This document shows positions 10,033 to 21,172 of a DNA stretch of 64,000 bases, piece by piece (the stretch's first letter is position 1; each line of letters starts with the position of its first letter). Source of the stretch: Planctomycetota bacterium. Lineage in GTDB: Bacteria; Planctomycetota; Planctomycetia; Pirellulales; UBA1268. The notes beneath the pieces were generated by a model that did no database searches, was not told the DNA's origin, and was given only the letters and a program-made list of their open reading frames with translations. A program made the translations under genes and the position numbers. The stretch spans positions 108,238-172,237 of the forward strand of contig JANNSZ010000007.1 in assembly GCA_031403195.1 (NCBI GenBank), given 5' to 3'.

Positions 10033-11757
10033 CTATGCCGGCTTGTCAGCAGGTTGCCGGCGCACGCAGACAAGGCAGATGTCGTCGGCCACGGCGGCGC
10101 CGGCCACGTGCCGCTCGACATCCGCCAAGATCTCGCGGCCAATATCGCTTGCCGACGGTGCGGCGCCCGCCATGACTTTCTCGAGTTGTTCGAGCCCGTA
10201 GCAGGTGGCGTCGTGATTCATCGCCTCGGTGACGCCGTCGGTGCACATGAGGATGGCGCTTGCAGGTGGAAGCTCGACCGTGCACGATCGGAACTCATGC
10301 CCCGCATGCATTCCGAGCGGGAGGCCACCGAGGTCACCGGCCACTTGGCGAACGCCGTCGGCATCGCGGAGAAAGACGGGCAGATGCCCAGCATTGCAGA
10401 TTTCGACCGTATGTTGGCTCGGATCCATGACCGCGACCACGAGGGTCGCGAAGCGGTCGTCCCAGCCGCCTCTGAGGAAGCTCTCGTTTACGAGCGACAC
10501 TGCCCGAGCGAGGTTGGGCTCGCTGGCAAGGCAGTAGCGGATATCGGCCGAGAGCGCTGCCATCAAAAGCGCGGCAGCGACACCCTTGCCGGAGACATCA
10601 GCGAGGACCACGGCCATTCGTCCGCCAGCGAGGGGCACATAGCCGAAGAAGTCGCCCCCGACATGCCGGGCAGGCTCATAGAAATCAAAGATTTCGTAGC
10701 CGGGTACATCCGGTGGACGGCTCGGCAAGAGGCCCTGCTGCACACGGTGCGCCAGTTCGAGGTCGCGGGCGAGGTGCTCCCGCTCCACCCGTTCCTCGTG
10801 GGCCATGGCCTGCTCGATCGCCTGGGCTGCGTGGCCCGCAATGCCTGCAAAGACATCGAGGTCAGCATCGCTAAACCCATTCCGGAGGTCTCGGGAATCG
10901 AGTTGGAGAACGCCGAGGAGTTGGCCACCCCCATCGGTAACCGGTACGGCCATGACCGACCGGATGCAGCCCGCCATCACACTTGCCGTGGAATGGAATC
11001 GCGAGTCGGTCACCGCGTCGGCCGAGAGGATCGCCTGCCGCGAGGCGGCCACCCGATCTATGAGTGTGCGGCTCAGGCGAACGGGACTGTCATCGTTCTG
11101 TTTCATACGACGAGCGCGGACACGAAGCTTTCCGGTGGGTGGCTGCGGCAGGAGTGCGAAACCGCGGTCAGCCTGTGGGAAAACCTCGAGGAGTCCGTCG
11201 AGGAGTCGCGGCAGGACCTCGTCGACCGAGAGCGACGCGCCGATCGCACGGTTGAGACCGAGCAGAGCGCGGAGTTTCGCTTCGCTGTGCTGGCCGAACT
11301 CCGCATCGTCAGCGAGCCGCGGGATGGCAACCTGAGAGACGATCACCGCGTTGGAGTCGGCGCCCATTTCCGACTCGCCATCATCGAAGTCAATGTCGAT
11401 AGCATCGGCTGTCGCCGATCGGCCTCCGCCAACGTCAGAATCGAAGAGAAGCCGCTGGCCGCAGATCGATACGATGTCACTGTCCTCCAGCCGGCGGGGG
11501 GACGTGATCCGCATATCATTGATAATCGTGCCGTTGCGGCTTCCAAGATCCTCGATGGTGACGCCTTCGTCTGTGACTTCGAGCGCCGCGTGCTGGCGGC
11601 TGACGGATGCGACATCGAGGACGATTTCACAGTCCGGGTGGCGACCGATGAGGAGTCGCCCGGGGCTCAGGGCGAGCCGTTCACCACTGCGGGTACCGTT
11701 CTGGAAGGCGAGGATGGCCACGGACAAGCACCTGCTGAGCGAATTGAGCGCGGGCAC
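10033..11757 (-). CDS. FHA - GAF - PP2C/SpoIIE-type serine/threonine phosphatase
   Basis: N-terminus LLIGRHPDCEIVLDVASVSRQHAALEV...LGSRNGTIIND (FHA). The middle is GAF-like. C-terminus HRVQQGLLP...GGDFFGYVPLAGGRMAVVLADVSGKGVAAALLMA...TDGVTEA (SpoIIE/PP2C). The start codon at 11757 is GTG. Confidence 0.9.
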   Translation of the reverse strand: MPALNSLSRCLSVAILAFQNGTRSGERLALSPGRLLIGRHPDCEIVLDVASVSRQHAALEVTDEGVTIEDLGSRNGTIINDMRITSPRRLEDSDIVSICGQRLLFDSDVGGGRSATADAIDIDFDDGESEMGADSNAVIVSQVAIPRLADDAEFGQHSEAKLRALLGLNRAIGASLSVDEVLPRLLDGLLEVFPQADRGFALLPQPPTGKLRVRARRMKQNDDSPVRLSRTLIDRVAASRQAILSADAVTDSRFHSTASVMAGCIRSVMAVPVTDGGGQLLGVLQLDSRDLRNGFSDADLDVFAGIAGHAAQAIEQAMAHEERVEREHLARDLELAHRVQQGLLPSRPPDVPGYEIFDFYEPARHVGGDFFGYVPLAGGRMAVVLADVSGKGVAAALLMAALSADIRYCLASEPNLARAVSLVNESFLRGGWDDRFATLVVAVMDPSQHTVEICNAGHLPVFLRDADGVRQVAGDLGGLPLGMHAGHEFRSCTVELPPASAILMCTDGVTEAMNHDATCYGLEQLEKVMAGAAPSASDIGREILADVERHVAGAAVADDICLVCVRRQPADKPA

Positions 11758-11825
11758 AGGCCGCGCGAGCCTGAATTGCCGCCGGCCGGCGGGCCGGGTA
11801 CGCTGACGAAGTCTAGCGACACCGT

Positions 11826-11896
11826 TGGGGAATGGTGTAACGGTAGCACGACTGGCTCTGAACCAGTTAGTCTAGGTTCGAATCCTAGTTCCCCAG
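11826..11896 (+). tRNA. tRNA-Gln (anticodon CTG)
   Basis: 71 nt. Acceptor TGGGGAA/TTCCCCA, anticodon arm ACTGG-CTCTGAA-CCAGT, T arm CTAGG-TTCGAAT-CCTAG, discriminator G. Confidence 0.93.
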
Positions 11897-11963
11897 CCTT
11901 AAACCTCACTCGCCGCTAGGCTTTCTAAGGCCTTAAACCTCGCGCACCGGCAGGCTTTCTGGG
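11896..11963. repeat. 2 x 34-bp tandem direct repeat abutting the tRNA-Gln 3' end
   Basis: Unit A at 11896..11929 is GCCTTAAACCTCACTCGCCGCTAGGCTTTCTAAG. Unit B at 11930..11963 is GCCTTAAACCTCGCGCACCGGCAGGCTTTCTGGG. Identity is about 80%. The junction forms the 10-bp palindrome TAAGGCCTTA. Confidence 0.8.
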
Positions 11964-12030
11964 CAGGTACGTGTGGTTCACCCTGCGGCATCGCGAGCCG
12001 ACGACCTCGGATTCGCGGTATGCTCATGGA

Positions 12031-12240
12031 ATGACGCGGCAAAGCGGGATTGGCGAGGCGCTTTCCTGGACAAGCCGGATCGTCGCCGTGGGGCTCGCCA
12101 TGTTCCTTCCCGCGGTGGCCGGCGGATGGGCCGATGCCCGCCTCGGAACGACATTTCTCGGTCCCGTTGGGCTCGTTTTCGGGTTCATCGTTGGGCTCAC
12201 ATGGCTTGTTCGCATGACCCAGGGGCGGCAATCGCCATGA
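12031..12240 (+). CDS. AtpZ-like small membrane protein (ATP synthase operon leader gene, ATPase_gene1 family-like)
   Basis: MTRQSGIGEALSWTSRIVAVGLAMFLPAVAGGWADARLGTTFLGPVGLVFGFIVGLTWLV has two TM helices and a G..D..LGT.P motif. It occupies the first position of the atp operon. The stop overlaps the next ATG (ATGA). Confidence 0.6.
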   Translation: MTRQSGIGEALSWTSRIVAVGLAMFLPAVAGGWADARLGTTFLGPVGLVFGFIVGLTWLVRMTQGRQSP

Positions 12241-12668
12241 CCGAGCGCCGCTCCGCCAATACCGGTACCACCTTCGCGGGGGCGGCCGCGCTTGTCGCCG
12301 TTCTTGTTGCCACGCTGGCCGTGGCTCTGGCCTCGAGCGGGGACGACGCAACACGCCGGCAAGCGATCTACCTGGCCGCGGCGGTTGCCGGGGCTGGTGC
12401 CTTGTCTGGCTGGTTTGTCAGTTGCTGGACTCGGGGCCGAGCGGCAGGTGTGGCCACCGCCGGCGTGTTGTCTGCGACCCTCCTGCGGCTGGGCCCGATG
12501 CTAGCGACCCTCGCATGGATCTCCTCCCAAGAAGGAGGGCTTCGGTCGGCAGGGGCAGCGGGATTCCTCGTGGCGTTCTACCTCCCGCTCCTCGCGACCG
12601 ACATTGTGCTCACCCTTCTCGCGAGCCCCCGAGGCCCCCGGAACGGCGGCGCCAACGGGGTGAATTGA
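12237..12668 (+). CDS. AtpI-like membrane protein (4 TM)
   Basis: 143 aa, four hydrophobic helices, located between the atpZ-like gene and atpB as in many atp operons. The assignment rests on position and topology only. Confidence 0.55.
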   Translation: MTERRSANTGTTFAGAAALVAVLVATLAVALASSGDDATRRQAIYLAAAVAGAGALSGWFVSCWTRGRAAGVATAGVLSATLLRLGPMLATLAWISSQEGGLRSAGAAGFLVAFYLPLLATDIVLTLLASPRGPRNGGANGVN

Positions 12669-12732
12669 CGAGAGTAGGCCGGTTGCCCCACACTCTCCGC
12701 AAATTCGAGAAGTTCCCCCAATCCACGCCCCG

Positions 12733-13767
12733 ATGTCTGACCACAACCCGATCTACCACCTCAAGGACGCCTACTACTTCGAGGTGCCCAAGCCGTTGTG
12801 GCGGCAGGGTTGGACGACGCTGGAGGAGGTCCCCGGCTTTCTGAGGGCTCCGTTTGATGGGGACGGGGCGACGATGCCGAGCGTTGCCAAATTCAACGCG
12901 GCGATGGATGGGAAGATTCTCATCCCGCAGCCGTTCGGCGAGCTCGACAGCCTCTACGAGAAGAAGTCGGGCTTCTGCATCTCGAAGTACATGATCCTCG
13001 AGGTCGTGCTGGCTTCGATTCTGCTGTTCGTCTTCGCGCGGCTTGCCTCGAGACTTCGCTCGGGCGCTGCGCCGCAGGGACGGCTCGCCAACTTCTTCGA
13101 GGCGTTCATCGTCTACATCCGCGACAACATCGCCCGGCCCGCCATTGACTCCCACGACGATCACGGGCACGACGATCACTCAGAGCACCATGGCCACGCT
13201 GGCGGGCACAGCCACGCTGCCGTCATCGCCGTCCATGAAGGGGATCGATTCGTTCCGCTGCTGCTCACGCTCTTCTTCTTCGTGCTGGGCTGCAACCTGT
13301 TTGGCATGGTGCCGTGGGCGGGTTCGCCAACGGCGTCATTCTCGGTGACGCTTGCTCTGGCGAGTGTCACGTTCGGCACGGTGGTGATTGCCGGGATGGC
13401 AAAGTTTGGCGTCGTCGGCTTTTTCACGAACCAAGTGCCCAGCATGGATTTGCCGCTGCCGATGGCGATCCTCCTCAAGCCGATGATTTTCGCGATCGAG
13501 ATGCTCGGCCTGTGCATTAAACATCTCATTCTGGCGGTGCGGCTCCTGGCCAATATGGTGGCGGGCCATCTCGTGCTGCTCGGAATCATGGGCCTGATCA
13601 CCACGGCAGCCACCTACTCGCTGGGCATGTGGGCGACGGTGACGGGCATTAGTGTCGTGTCGAGCACGCTTTTCAGCATCCTCGAACTCTTTGTCGCGTT
13701 CCTCCAGGCCTACATTTTCACCTTTCTTTCAGCCCTCTTCATTGGCGCGGCCGTACACCACCATTAG
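12733..13767 (+). CDS. atpB: F0F1 ATP synthase subunit a
   Basis: C-terminal LAVRLLANMVAGHLVL (essential Arg) and LELFVAFLQAYIFTFLSALFIG. 344 aa with a long N-terminal extension and a His-rich insert (see findings). Confidence 0.93.
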   Translation: MSDHNPIYHLKDAYYFEVPKPLWRQGWTTLEEVPGFLRAPFDGDGATMPSVAKFNAAMDGKILIPQPFGELDSLYEKKSGFCISKYMILEVVLASILLFVFARLASRLRSGAAPQGRLANFFEAFIVYIRDNIARPAIDSHDDHGHDDHSEHHGHAGGHSHAAVIAVHEGDRFVPLLLTLFFFVLGCNLFGMVPWAGSPTASFSVTLALASVTFGTVVIAGMAKFGVVGFFTNQVPSMDLPLPMAILLKPMIFAIEMLGLCIKHLILAVRLLANMVAGHLVLLGIMGLITTAATYSLGMWATVTGISVVSSTLFSILELFVAFLQAYIFTFLSALFIGAAVHHH

Positions 13768-13806
13768 GCTTGCCGCCATCCGGGCCCTGGGGTCCGGTCA
13801 CCGTCC

Positions 13807-13853
13807 TTTGTCAGTTTTCGTCAACTCGTTTTCGTTCTTCACGCCCTCAGGAG
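13807..13853 (+). promoter_or_regulatory. U-rich leader plus Shine-Dalgarno upstream of atpE
   Basis: TTTGTCAGTTTTCGTCAACTCGTTTTCGTTCTTCAC is conspicuously T-rich in a GC-rich genome. It is followed by AGGAG (13849..13853), 11 nt before the ATG at 13865. This is analogous to the U-rich translational enhancer known upstream of E. coli atpE. Confidence 0.4.
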
Positions 13854-13864
13854 TTTCACGTCGC

Positions 13865-14182
13865 ATGATCCGTTCGCTTCTCTCCGTCCGCATGCTCGCC
13901 CCCATCGCGGCCATCGTCCTCACCGTGCTCTGTGCAGATGTCGCGTCGGCTGCCGATGCCACCACCACGGCGCAGCCGCTGATCAATCTCCCGGCGTTCG
14001 GCGTCGGCCTAACGGTCATCGGTGCCGCCTACGGCATCAGCAAGCTTGCTGCGGCCGCCTATGAGGGCATGGCTCGGCAGCCCGAGGTGGCTGGCACGAT
14101 CCAGACGGCCATGATCATCGCGGCAGCCCTCATCGAGGGCTTCACGTTCTACGCCCTGTTCATCTGCTCCTCCGCGCAGTAA
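13865..14182 (+). CDS. atpE: F0F1 ATP synthase subunit c, with an N-terminal presequence
   Basis: Core is GVGLTVIGAAYGISKLAAAAYEGMARQPEVAGTIQTAMIIAAALIEGFTFYALFI (helical hairpin with the carboxylate Glu). It is preceded by about 35 aa, MIRSLLSVRMLAPIAAIVLTVLCADVASAADATT, which looks like a signal peptide. Confidence 0.85.
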   Translation: MIRSLLSVRMLAPIAAIVLTVLCADVASAADATTTAQPLINLPAFGVGLTVIGAAYGISKLAAAAYEGMARQPEVAGTIQTAMIIAAALIEGFTFYALFICSSAQ

Positions 14183-14208
14183 TCAGGGCTTCTCGCTCGC
14201 CATCGGGT

Positions 14209-14236
14209 GGGACGGCGTCCTTGAGGACACCGTCCC
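14209..14236 (+). other. intra-operon stem-loop after atpE
   Basis: GGGACGGCGTCC-TTGA-GGACACCGTCCC, with 11 of 12 positions paired, 27 nt after the atpE stop. No T-tract follows, so it is more likely an mRNA stabiliser or processing element than a terminator. Confidence 0.45.
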
Positions 14237-14269
14237 GCCTCGAGTGGTGTCCTTCGTTCTTGATACTTC

Positions 14270-14968
14270 ATGTTGCCTGATCCACACGGTCCCCTTCGCA
14301 TTTTCATGAATCATCCTCGCACTCTCAGGCTTTGGTTGGTGAGTGTTGCCATCGCAGTTTTCGCGGTGTCAGCATTCGCCATTGCATCTCATGCGGCCGA
14401 TGACCACGGTCATGGTCCGGCGATCGGCCATAACTTGCCTGATGGCGTGTCCCAGGAAGCGTTCGAGAGCCCGGCATGGTTTCAGACCGACCTCGCTCTC
14501 TGGACGCTCGCGGTTTTCGTGCTCCTCATGGCCCTTCTCACGAAGTTTGCCTGGAAGCCGATCATGGATGGCCTCGAGAAGCGTGAGCGAGGCATTGCCG
14601 ACACAATCGCCGCAGCCCAGCGGGCCAACGACGAGGCCAAGAGCATGCTTGCTTCGTACGAACGGCGGCTGGCCGAGGCCGCCGACGAGGTGCGAGGCAT
14701 GCTCGATGAGGCTCGGCGGGATGCCGAGGCCACGAAGCAGGCGATCGTCGCCGAGGCTCGGAAGGCTGCCGATGACGAGCAGGCCCGTGCCAAGCGTGAA
14801 ATTGGTCTCGCCCGAGACGAGGCCCTTTCCGCGATTGCCCAGCGGGCCGGTGAGCTTGCCGTTGATGTGGCCGGCAAGTTCCTTCGCGAAAAACTCTCGG
14901 CCGATGACCAGTCGCGGTTGGTTCGCGACTCCGTGGCATCCATCCGCTCCACCCCCAGCATTAACTGA
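14270..14968 (+). CDS. atpF: F0F1 ATP synthase subunit b
   Basis: TM helix WTLAVFVLLMALLTKFAWKPIMDGLEKRERGI followed by a long charged coiled coil, in the position between c and delta. An alternative start is the ATG at 14306. Confidence 0.85.
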   Translation: MLPDPHGPLRIFMNHPRTLRLWLVSVAIAVFAVSAFAIASHAADDHGHGPAIGHNLPDGVSQEAFESPAWFQTDLALWTLAVFVLLMALLTKFAWKPIMDGLEKRERGIADTIAAAQRANDEAKSMLASYERRLAEAADEVRGMLDEARRDAEATKQAIVAEARKAADDEQARAKREIGLARDEALSAIAQRAGELAVDVAGKFLREKLSADDQSRLVRDSVASIRSTPSIN

Positions 14969-14986
14969 TCGACCGAGCGACCTCGC

Positions 14987-15607
14987 ATGGCTGACGCCGA
15001 CTCCCAGACGGTCTTCAACCCATCCGCCGATCGGATAGCGCGAGTCTATGCCCAGGCTATCCTCGACGCTGCCGACGCGGCTGGCTGTCGCGCTGAGGTG
15101 ATCGACGAGATCGGTCGCTTCGTTCGCGACGTGCTGCCATCGGTCCCACGTGCGGCGGCTGTCTTTGCCTCGCCCCGGGTATCGGCGGAGCAGAAAGAGG
15201 CAGTTGTGATTCGCGTCATGAGTGGTCGGCTTCGGCCCACGACGCTCCACGCCCTCTGCATCCTGGCCCGGCATGATCGGCTCGGAATCGTTGCGGAAGT
15301 CGCTGCCGCGACTCGCCTGCTCGATGACGAACGGGCCGGACGACGACAGGCGACGTTCACCACGGCGATGGCCCTGGCGAGCGGTGAGCAGGAGCGCATC
15401 GTCGCGGAGGTTGCAGAGCTTGTGGGCTCCACGCTCGCGCCATCCTTCGTTGTGAACCCCGACATCATTGGCGGCCTTGTCGTTCGCATCGGCGACACCG
15501 TCTACGACCAATCCATCGCCACCGGGCTTTCTCGGCTGGCAGGCAATCTGCACAGGAGAACCATTCATGAAATTCAATACGGACGAGATCGCCTCACTTC
15601 TGCGTGA
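14987..15607 (+). CDS. atpH: F0F1 ATP synthase subunit delta (OSCP)
   Basis: 206 aa. C-terminal [22 protein letters not shown] is typical of OSCP/delta. The operon position agrees. Confidence 0.85.
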   Translation: MADADSQTVFNPSADRIARVYAQAILDAADAAGCRAEVIDEIGRFVRDVLPSVPRAAAVFASPRVSAEQKEAVVIRVMSGRLRPTTLHALCILARHDRLGIVAEVAAATRLLDDERAGRRQATFTTAMALASGEQERIVAEVAELVGSTLAPSFVVNPDIIGGLVVRIGDTVYDQSIATGLSRLAGNLHRRTIHEIQYGRDRLTSA

Positions 15608-17114
15608 GGAAATCACCCAGTTCGAGTCGGGAATCGACGTGCGCGAAGTCGGGCGGGTGCTCGAGGTTGGCGACGGCATTGCTCGCGTCTGGGGTCTTTC
15701 TGGCGTGATGGCCGGTGAGATGGTTGAGTTTCCCAGTGGGGTCACGGGCCTCGCCTTCAATCTCGAAGAAAACTCGGTCGGCGTGATCATTCTTGGCGAC
15801 TACCTCAAGGTCACCGAGGGAGACGAGGTAAAAAGCACCGGCCAACTGCTCTCGGTGCCGGTCGGCGATGCCGTCATCGGCCGCGTGCTCGATCCGCTGG
15901 GCAATCCACTTGACGGGAAGGGGCCGGTGGTCACCGAGCTCAGGCGGCCTGTCGAGACACTCGCGCCTGGTATTGCCGAACGTCAGCCGGTTCGCGAGCC
16001 GCTTCAGACCGGCATCAAGACGGTTGACGCGATGACCCCGATCGGCCGTGGTCAGCGTGAGTTGATCATCGGCGACCGAAAGACTGGCAAGACGGCGATC
16101 GGCATCGACGCGATCATCAACCAGAAGAACAGTGGCGTGAAGTGTTTCTACGTCGCCGTCGGCCAGAAGGACTCCTCTGTCGCAGGGGTGATCGACGTCC
16201 TCCGCAAGCACGGCGCCATGGACTACACAACGGTAATCGTTTCCGGTGCATCCACGGCTGCGCCACTGCAATACATCGCTCCCTACTCGGGCACGGCGAT
16301 GGCCGAGCACTTCATGTACAACGGCCAGCACGCCCTGATCGTCTATGACGATTTGTCGAAGCAGGCGGTGGCCTACCGGCAGCTTTCGCTCCTCATGCGG
16401 CGGCCGCCTGGCCGTGAGGCCTTCCCCGGCGACGTGTTCTACGCCCACAGCCGTTTGCTCGAGCGGTCGGCGAAGCTGTCGGCAGAGAAGGGGGGCGGTT
16501 CACTCACCAGCCTGCCCATCATCGAGACACTCGAAGGCGAGGTGTCTGCCTACATTCCGACGAACGTTATTTCGATCACCGACGGCCAGATCTACCTTCA
16601 GCCCGACTTGTTCTTCGCGGGCCAGCGGCCCGCCATGAACGTCGGTATCTCCGTCTCGCGCGTCGGTGGCGCTGCCCAGACGAAGGCCATGAAGAAGGTG
16701 GCCGGCGGCTTGCGTCTTGACCTCGCGAGCTTCCGCGAACTCGAGGCCTTTGCGCAGCTTGGTACCGACCTCGACGCGGCCACCCAGCAGCGGCTCGACC
16801 GCGGCTACCGGATGGTGGAGTTGCTCAAGCAGGGGCAGTTTGCCCCGATGGAAGTCGTGGATCAGGTCATGAGCATGTACGCCGGCACGCGTGGGCATCT
16901 CGACGATGTGCCTCGCGACCAGGTTGCCAGCTGGGAGAAGGGTTTCCTGACGTTTGTTCGGGATCAGGTTCCGGAGCTCCGGAAGCGGATCGAGGAGACC
17001 AAGGAGCTCGACGGCGAAGGCGAGCGTCAGCTCGAGGCGGCGATCGCCGAGTTCAAGCGGCAGCGGGCAGCGGCGGGTAAGCCGGCCCGTGAGACGGTCG
17101 GCGCAGGCCGCTGA
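15567..17114 (+). CDS. atpA: F0F1 ATP synthase subunit alpha
   Basis: [17 protein letters not shown]-terminus, [10 protein letters not shown] Walker A, and an AGGAGA SD at 15554..15559. The track ORF starts at 15468 inside atpH. Confidence 0.97.
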   Translation: MKFNTDEIASLLREEITQFESGIDVREVGRVLEVGDGIARVWGLSGVMAGEMVEFPSGVTGLAFNLEENSVGVIILGDYLKVTEGDEVKSTGQLLSVPVGDAVIGRVLDPLGNPLDGKGPVVTELRRPVETLAPGIAERQPVREPLQTGIKTVDAMTPIGRGQRELIIGDRKTGKTAIGIDAIINQKNSGVKCFYVAVGQKDSSVAGVIDVLRKHGAMDYTTVIVSGASTAAPLQYIAPYSGTAMAEHFMYNGQHALIVYDDLSKQAVAYRQLSLLMRRPPGREAFPGDVFYAHSRLLERSAKLSAEKGGGSLTSLPIIETLEGEVSAYIPTNVISITDGQIYLQPDLFFAGQRPAMNVGISVSRVGGAAQTKAMKKVAGGLRLDLASFRELEAFAQLGTDLDAATQQRLDRGYRMVELLKQGQFAPMEVVDQVMSMYAGTRGHLDDVPRDQVASWEKGFLTFVRDQVPELRKRIEETKELDGEGERQLEAAIAEFKRQRAAAGKPARETVGAGR

Positions 17115-17145
17115 AGCACAGAAACGAAACAAGGAATCAGCGGCA

Positions 17146-19595
<2,450 letters not shown>

Positions 19596-19618
19596 ACCGT
19601 TTTCCAGAGAAGCAACCC

Positions 19619-20044
19619 ATGGCTGACACGAAACGTTCATCCGGCATTCGGTGCTTGGTCGTTACGCCCGAGGCGACTGTGCTCGATATCACGGCGCGGT
19701 CGATCGTCCTTCCGCTGGAGGACGGCGAGCGGGGCGTGGCGAGTGGGCATGCGCCCTTCATCGGACGGCTCGGGACAGGGGAAGTGCGGATCACATCGAC
19801 CGACGGATCGGGAACGGTGCGACGGACGTTTGTCGAGGGAGGTTTCGTCGAGGTGGCGCATGATGCCGTGACCGTTATCACGCAGAGGGCCGTGCCGGCC
19901 GAAAGGCTCGATCTCGTGCGGGCTCGTGCCGATCTGACCGAAATCACGTCGCGGCCCGCGGCTGGCGACGAGGCGATCACCGCGAAACTTCGGGCCCAAA
20001 GGGCCGCCCGCGCGATGGTTCGGATTGCCGAACGAGCCCGCTAG
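19619..20044 (+). CDS. atpC: F0F1 ATP synthase subunit epsilon
   Basis: 141 aa, last gene of the operon. LVVTPEATVLD...LEDGERGVASGHAPFIGRLGTGEVRI is typical of the epsilon beta-sandwich. Confidence 0.9.
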   Translation: MADTKRSSGIRCLVVTPEATVLDITARSIVLPLEDGERGVASGHAPFIGRLGTGEVRITSTDGSGTVRRTFVEGGFVEVAHDAVTVITQRAVPAERLDLVRARADLTEITSRPAAGDEAITAKLRAQRAARAMVRIAERAR

Positions 20045-20093
20045 GAGGCTGTGGAAACAGTCTCGCGCCGCAGGAAGTGGCGATCGCCGGCCG

Positions 20094-21167
20094 TCAACGG
20101 CGAACCGTGGCCTCGACAACGGCGGCGGCCATGTCGCCCAGGGGGACAACACGGTCCACGACCCCGAGATCGATCGCAGCCCGTGGCATGCCGTAGACCA
20201 CACAGCTGGACTCATGCTCGGCCAGCGTTTTTCCACCAGCCTCGCGAATGGTCTTCATGCCAAGGGCGCCGTCACTCCCCATACCGGTCAGGAGAGCAGC
20301 CACGACATGCGGCCCCGCAGCCTCGGCCGCCGACCGAAAGAGGATGTCCACAGCCGGTCGGCAGTGATGCAGTGGAGGCGTGCGGACAAGGCGGGTACGA
20401 AATCCACCGCCGCGATGCTCGACTGCCAAGTGAACGTCGCCCGGCGCGATCACGCACTCACCCGGTCGGAGCGGCTCGTTGTCGCCCGCTTCTCGCACCC
20501 GAAGCGCCGCCAGAGTGTTGAGCCGTTCAGCCACCGCTCGCGAGAACGAGGCCGAAATGTGCTGCACGATCGCTACCGGGGGAAGCTCGACGGGTAGCAG
20601 GGGGATGATTCTGCGGAGCGCCTCGACCCCGCCGGTTGACGCACCAATGACAATGATTTGGCGATCATGCGGGGGACGGCCGGTGGCACGAATCGGTTCC
20701 GTCATTCCCGGAGATGATGTCGCGGGATGGGCCGGCCGCCGCCTGATCCGGCTCCCGGCCTCCGCAGCCGCCTTGACATGCCAGGCGAGCTGGTCAGCCA
20801 AGGCCCCGAGCGACATGGTGCCGTCTGGCTTGGCCAGGACATCCACGGCGCCCGCCTCGATCGCCTCGATGGCCGCCTGGGATCCGGCCTGGGTCAGTGA
20901 GCTGACCACCACGACCGGAAGCGGATGGTGCTTCATGAGGATTCGCAGGAAGGTCAGGCCGTCCATCCGTGGCATCTCGAGGTCGAGCGTAATCACGTCT
21001 GGATCGAGACGGGCGATCTTCTCGCGAGCGACGTATGGATCAGGGGCGGTGCCCACGACTTCGATTTCAGGATCGTGGGCGAGTGCGTCTCCAATCGCTT
21101 GGCGAACGAGTGCCGAATCGTCTACGACGAGGACACGGATGCGTCGCTTGCTGTCGGTCATGGTCAA
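20094..21167 (-). CDS. cheB: chemotaxis response regulator protein-glutamate methylesterase
   Basis: REC domain RVLVVDDSALVRQAI...DVITLDLEMPRMDG. Methylesterase domain IGASTGGVEAL (Ser), ...H..., LTGMGSDGA. Confidence 0.95.
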   Translation of the reverse strand: MTMTDSKRRIRVLVVDDSALVRQAIGDALAHDPEIEVVGTAPDPYVAREKIARLDPDVITLDLEMPRMDGLTFLRILMKHHPLPVVVVSSLTQAGSQAAIEAIEAGAVDVLAKPDGTMSLGALADQLAWHVKAAAEAGSRIRRRPAHPATSSPGMTEPIRATGRPPHDRQIIVIGASTGGVEALRRIIPLLPVELPPVAIVQHISASFSRAVAERLNTLAALRVREAGDNEPLRPGECVIAPGDVHLAVEHRGGGFRTRLVRTPPLHHCRPAVDILFRSAAEAAGPHVVAALLTGMGSDGALGMKTIREAGGKTLAEHESSCVVYGMPRAAIDLGVVDRVVPLGDMAAAVVEATVRR

Positions 21168-21172
21168 ACCCC

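Noticed and set aside
10003-11919. 638-aa plus-strand ORF
   Set aside because: It is antisense to the clearly recognisable FHA-GAF-PP2C gene and runs through tRNA-Gln. Its translation is Arg/Gly/Ala/His-rich with no motifs. This is a typical GC-driven shadow ORF.
11826-12030. tRNA-Gln as the attachment site of a resident genomic island or prophage
   Set aside because: No integrase, excisionase or foreign-looking genes flank it, and the atp operon follows directly. Only the repeat scar is reported.
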